Below are positions 7,284 through 10,199 of a DNA stretch of 10,199 bases, in pieces. Below the pieces are notes generated by a model. That model did not search any database, was not told the origin of the DNA, and saw only the letters and a list, made by a program, of their open reading frames with translations. The stretch is from Elainellaceae cyanobacterium (GTDB lineage Bacteria; Cyanobacteriota; Cyanobacteriia; CAZCXK01), in NCBI GenBank assembly GCA_051117555.1, contig JBNPEG010000078.1:1-10199 (forward strand). The letters are read 5' to 3'. A program made the translations under genes and the position numbers. Positions within the stretch are counted from its first letter, which is position 1. Each line of letters starts with the position of its first letter.

Positions 7284-9071
7284 TTAGTTTTTATGCTTAA
7301 ACGTTGAGGCCACGTGGAGTTCTTTAAGCTGCATTTCATCTACAGTGGAGGGAGCTGCGGTGAGAAGGCAACGAGCTTGCTGGGTTTTTGGAAATGCGAT
7401 TGCATCCCGAATTGATTCTTCCCCTGCCAGCAGCATCACAAGTCGGTCTAATCCATAGGCGATGCCGCCATGAGGCGGAGTTCCATATTCAAAAGCTTCA
7501 AGAAGGAATCCAAACTTGTTATAAGCATCTTCGGTAGAAAGCCCAATCGTCTCAAACACCTGATTCTGCAAATCAGGCTGATAGATTCTCAAACTGCCAC
7601 CACCAATTTCAAATCCGTTGTACACCATATCATATGCTTGGGCTCTTGCCGTCTTTAAGTCATCTGCATCCTCTGGAAAAGGAGCAGTAAACGGATGATG
7701 CAGGGCTTCTAGACGCTTTTCATCTTTGTTCCATTCAAACATCGGGAAGTCAGTGACCCACAGTAGACCCAATTTATCGGCGTCAATCAGCTTCAGCTCT
7801 TTGGCAAACATCTGGCGGAGGCGATCGAGCGTCTTGTTAACTGTATTAGTTTCTCCAGCACCAAACAGTAAAAGATGTCCGGGTTCTGCCCCCGTTCGTG
7901 TCAGAATATCTTGCTTTTGCTCGTCAGTGAGATTGTCTTTGATTGCACCGATGGTGTCGATTGCCATTCCTTCTCTCACACGAATGTAGGCAAGTCCCTT
8001 AGCGCCTGACTCACTCGCTTCTTTGAACAAATCACCTCCAGGCTTAATGCGAACATTGGAGATTTTTTCATTTCCGCCCGGAATTGGCAGAATTTTGACC
8101 ACTCCTCCAGCGGCAACGGCCCCCGAAAACACTTTGAAACCGGAATCTTTGACGATATCAGATGCGTCGACAAGTTCTAGCCCATATCGGATATCGGGGC
8201 GATCGGTGCCGTATCGATTCATCGCCTCTGCATAAGTAAGACGAGGAAAGGGACAAGGCAGATTAATTCCCTTAATGGTTCTGAAAATGTGGGACACTAA
8301 TCGCTCATTTAAATCTAGAATCTCTTCTTGCGACATGAAACTCATTTCCATGTCGAGTTGAGTAAATTCGGGTTGACGGTCGGCTCGTAAATCTTCATCA
8401 CGAAAGCAACGCGCAATTTGATAGTAACGATCGATTCCCGAAACCATCAGCAATTGTTTGAAAAGCTGGGGCGACTGAGGCAAAGCAAACCACTGACTTG
8501 GATTAACTCGGCTAGGCACAAGATAATCTCGTGCACCTTCCGGAGTAGAGCGAGTGAGAATGGGAGTTTCGACCTCAATGAATCCCTCATCGTCTTCGAG
8601 AAAACAGCGAATTGACTTCACGATTTGATGGCGCAATTGGAGGTTTCGACTCATGCGATCGCGCCGCAAATCAAGGTAACGATATTTGAGTCTGAGCTCT
8701 TCTTTGACAGGTTCAGTTTCTGTCGTTGAAACCTGAAACGGAAGCTGCTTCCGTACCGCATTGAGCAGTTCAATGTGGTCTGCATAAATTTCCACCTCTC
8801 CTGTGGGGAGTTTAGGGTTGAGAGACTCATCAGGACGGCGTGAAACTCGTCCCGTCACCTTGACGACATACTCGTTTCGCAAATCTTCTGCTAGCGGATA
8901 AGAATCTGGAGTGCGTTCTGGATCGCTTACAATCTGAGCAACTCCGGTGCGATCGCGCAAATCAATAAAAATCACGCCCCCATGGTCACGACGGCGATCG
9001 ACCCACCCATAGAGAGTGACTACAGTTTCGATATAGTTTGACCGAAGCTGACCGCAATAATGGGTTCGCAT
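7284..9071 (-). CDS. aspS: Aspartate--tRNA ligase, probably non-discriminating (Asp/Asn)
   Basis: 595 aa with [109 protein letters not shown] and IAFPKT. His30 is present. Confidence 0.98.
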   Translation of the reverse strand: MRTHYCGQLRSNYIETVVTLYGWVDRRRDHGGVIFIDLRDRTGVAQIVSDPERTPDSYPLAEDLRNEYVVKVTGRVSRRPDESLNPKLPTGEVEIYADHIELLNAVRKQLPFQVSTTETEPVKEELRLKYRYLDLRRDRMSRNLQLRHQIVKSIRCFLEDDEGFIEVETPILTRSTPEGARDYLVPSRVNPSQWFALPQSPQLFKQLLMVSGIDRYYQIARCFRDEDLRADRQPEFTQLDMEMSFMSQEEILDLNERLVSHIFRTIKGINLPCPFPRLTYAEAMNRYGTDRPDIRYGLELVDASDIVKDSGFKVFSGAVAAGGVVKILPIPGGNEKISNVRIKPGGDLFKEASESGAKGLAYIRVREGMAIDTIGAIKDNLTDEQKQDILTRTGAEPGHLLLFGAGETNTVNKTLDRLRQMFAKELKLIDADKLGLLWVTDFPMFEWNKDEKRLEALHHPFTAPFPEDADDLKTARAQAYDMVYNGFEIGGGSLRIYQPDLQNQVFETIGLSTEDAYNKFGFLLEAFEYGTPPHGGIAYGLDRLVMLLAGEESIRDAIAFPKTQQARCLLTAAPSTVDEMQLKELHVASTFKHKN

Positions 9072-9194
9072 AACTACAGCTCTAAACTATTGAACAACGA
9101 CGCGTATGGATCTATCCAAAAACTTTTCCATTATCTAGCATTGTTTGCAAACCCGACAAAAAACACGGATTCATCCAACACAATAAATAAATTT

Positions 9195-9218
9195 AGGGAC
9201 GCGGCATGCCACGTCCCT
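9195..9218 (-). terminator. GC-rich palindrome (REP-like), probably acting as terminator of the 9244-9663 gene
   Basis: AGGGACGCGGCATGCCACGTCCCT is a 24-nt palindrome with one mismatch, which becomes a G-U pair on the minus strand. It lies 25 nt after the stop codon and is followed on the minus strand by AAATTTATTTATTG. Confidence 0.6.
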
Positions 9219-9243
9219 CGCCATGACTTTATAGACAGTTGTC

Positions 9244-9663
9244 TTATTGCTGAGGGGGATCATCATCTGATTTTGGCTGCATTAGAATATCCCATGCAGC
9301 TCTTGCAGCCTCTGATAGGCGATCGCCAAATTCCGTCACCTCATCCACAATGGCTTGCCAGTTTTTTTCAGCCTCTTTTTGAACCATTACAATAGCGTCC
9401 TCAACCCGTTCAGGATCGAACAGTTTATTTTGCTCAATCTGCTCCCGAACCTGACGGACTGTATTTAAATAGGTATCACGGGTAAACTCCTCTGCCGAAT
9501 GGGCATCAGCCTGTGCCCGTTTCCGAATAGCTTCGACAAGAGCCTTCGTCTCACGACGGACTTCATCCGACTCCCCCGCCATTTCCTGTTCAACTAAGGC
9601 GTCTGTTTCTGGGCTAACTTCAACAATGGCAGACGTATCAGGTCTGTTCGATTCGGTAGTCAT
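9244..9663 (-). CDS. Hypothetical acidic, predicted all-alpha-helical protein
   Basis: 139-aa ORF with a strong SD (TAAGGAGGAGG, 9667-9677 on the minus strand) and a natural, helix-favouring composition rich in E/A/R/Q. Followed by a hairpin. Confidence 0.85.
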   Translation of the reverse strand: MTTESNRPDTSAIVEVSPETDALVEQEMAGESDEVRRETKALVEAIRKRAQADAHSAEEFTRDTYLNTVRQVREQIEQNKLFDPERVEDAIVMVQKEAEKNWQAIVDEVTEFGDRLSEAARAAWDILMQPKSDDDPPQQ

Positions 9664-9666
9664 GTG

Positions 9667-9677
9667 CCTCCTCCTTA
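9667..9677 (-). promoter_or_regulatory. Shine-Dalgarno site for the 9663 ORF
   Basis: The minus strand reads TAAGGAGGAGG-CAC-ATG. Confidence 0.8.
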
Positions 9678-9814
9678 CTAATCGATAAATTTGAACAGAT
9701 TGTCGAGGCTTATGATTTGAACTGTAACATCTGCCTCAATACACCTTATCTCATAAACATTCGGGTAGCATCCAACTTAGGTCAGATTTGATAAAAGAAA
9801 CTGTAAGCGGAGAG

Positions 9815-9820
9815 ATTATA
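9815..9820 (-). promoter_or_regulatory. Candidate -10 box (TATAAT) for the 9663 ORF
   Basis: ATTATA on + reads TATAAT on -, about 150 nt upstream of the start. No consensus -35. Confidence 0.25.
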
Positions 9821-10034
9821 AATCCATAATTATCTAAGGCTAGAGTCTAGGCTTCAAATTCTAGAGCATGCATAGGCTTAGCAGCCGAGTTTAACTTACA
9901 TCTACCTCAAACTGCAAAATCAGGGCCCACATATCCCATTTTATCGAGCTATTCCTATCTCAGATGTTGATGAGATTACGAATACACAGTTCGGTTTAGC
10001 ACACTCATGTCTCGAAAAATCGATTACCATCATC

Positions 10035-10061
10035 AATAAATAAATAAATAAATAAATAAAT
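10035..10061. repeat. Tetranucleotide microsatellite (TAAA)6
   Basis: AA(TAAA)6T; the six exact TAAA units span 10037-10060. Confidence 0.95.
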
Positions 10062-10071
10062 CGTTGTACAG

Positions 10072-10114
10072 CAAATAGCCCCCATCCTCTTCAACAATGG
10101 ATGGGGGCTATTTG
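10072..10114 (-). terminator. Terminator hairpin downstream of 5S rRNA
   Basis: CAAATAGCCCCCATCC (10072-10087) and GGATGGGGGCTATTTG (10099-10114) form a perfect 16-bp inverted repeat with an 11-nt loop, about 7 nt after the 5S 3' end. Confidence 0.85.
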
Positions 10115-10121
10115 AATATAG

Positions 10122-10199
10122 ACCTGGCACCGAGCTATTTTCCCGTGGGGCAACCCCCAGAGTATTTTCGCCGCTGCAGCGTTTCACAACCGAGTTCGG
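10122..10199 (-). rRNA. rrf: 5S ribosomal RNA (3' part; 5' end lies beyond the window)
   Basis: The reverse complement CCGAACTCGGTTGTGAAACGCTGCAGCGGCGAAAATACTCTGGGGGTTGCCCCACGGGAAAATAGCTCGGTGCCAGGT matches the conserved 5S pattern (CCGAAC loop, GTGAAACG, 3' TGCCAGG). Confidence 0.97.

Larger units (their letters stand above)
416..9326. repeat. HIP1 (highly iterated palindrome 1, GCGATCGC), dispersed copies
   Basis: Exact copies start at 416, 794, 1710, 2227, 5135, 7030, 8655, 8949 and 9319, plus several one-mismatch variants. Far fewer than one copy of a given octamer is expected by chance in 10 kb. Confidence 0.95.

Noticed and set aside
5781..8615. Short ORFs overlapping ndhD and aspS (5781-6002, 6964-7242, 7470-7658, 7726-7989, 7976-8173, 8023-8235, 8418-8615)
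   Set aside because: They overlap strongly conserved genes on the opposite strand or in another frame and show no protein-like signatures.
2003..9071. Extra domains (CAAD membrane anchor), inteins or frameshifts in the two aminoacyl-tRNA synthetases
   Set aside because: Both have normal lengths and continuous motifs, with no hydrophobic insertion or intein signature.
9060..9395. 111-aa + strand ORF
   Set aside because: It overlaps both aspS and the SD-supported 9244-9663 gene on the opposite strand and crosses the palindrome.
10005..10187. 60-aa minus-strand ORF
   Set aside because: It runs through the 5S rRNA, the terminator and the microsatellite (which produces IYLFIYLFI), so it is spurious.
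1..10199. CRISPR array, transposase, integrase, toxin-antitoxin or other defence/mobile system
   Set aside because: There is no regularly spaced repeat-spacer pattern and no ORF with such motifs; all long ORFs are accounted for.

Overview
A mostly housekeeping region of a cyanobacterial chromosome, supported by nine exact HIP1 octamers (GCGATCGC) and cyanobacterial-type genes. Left to right it holds a probably exported/lipid-anchored endonuclease/exonuclease/phosphatase (EEP) protein (+), a branched-chain aminotransferase (+), thrS (-), two small conserved cyanobacterial genes (DUF2605-like and DUF2973-like, +), a stand-alone NDH-1 subunit 4 gene (ndhD, D1/D2 class, +) behind a ~590-bp AT-rich spacer, aspS (-), an acidic helical hypothetical protein (-), and the 3' part of a 5S rRNA gene (-) with a 16-bp terminator hairpin. 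I see no mobile element, CRISPR array or defence system, and I cannot support a claim of a new multi-gene system. The best leads are modest: four back-to-back hairpins upstream of ndhD, the divergent EEP lipoprotein with a structured terminator-like element before it, the uncharacterised DUF2605/DUF2973 pair, and several palindromes and repeats. Family assignments come from motif recognition and recall, not database searches.
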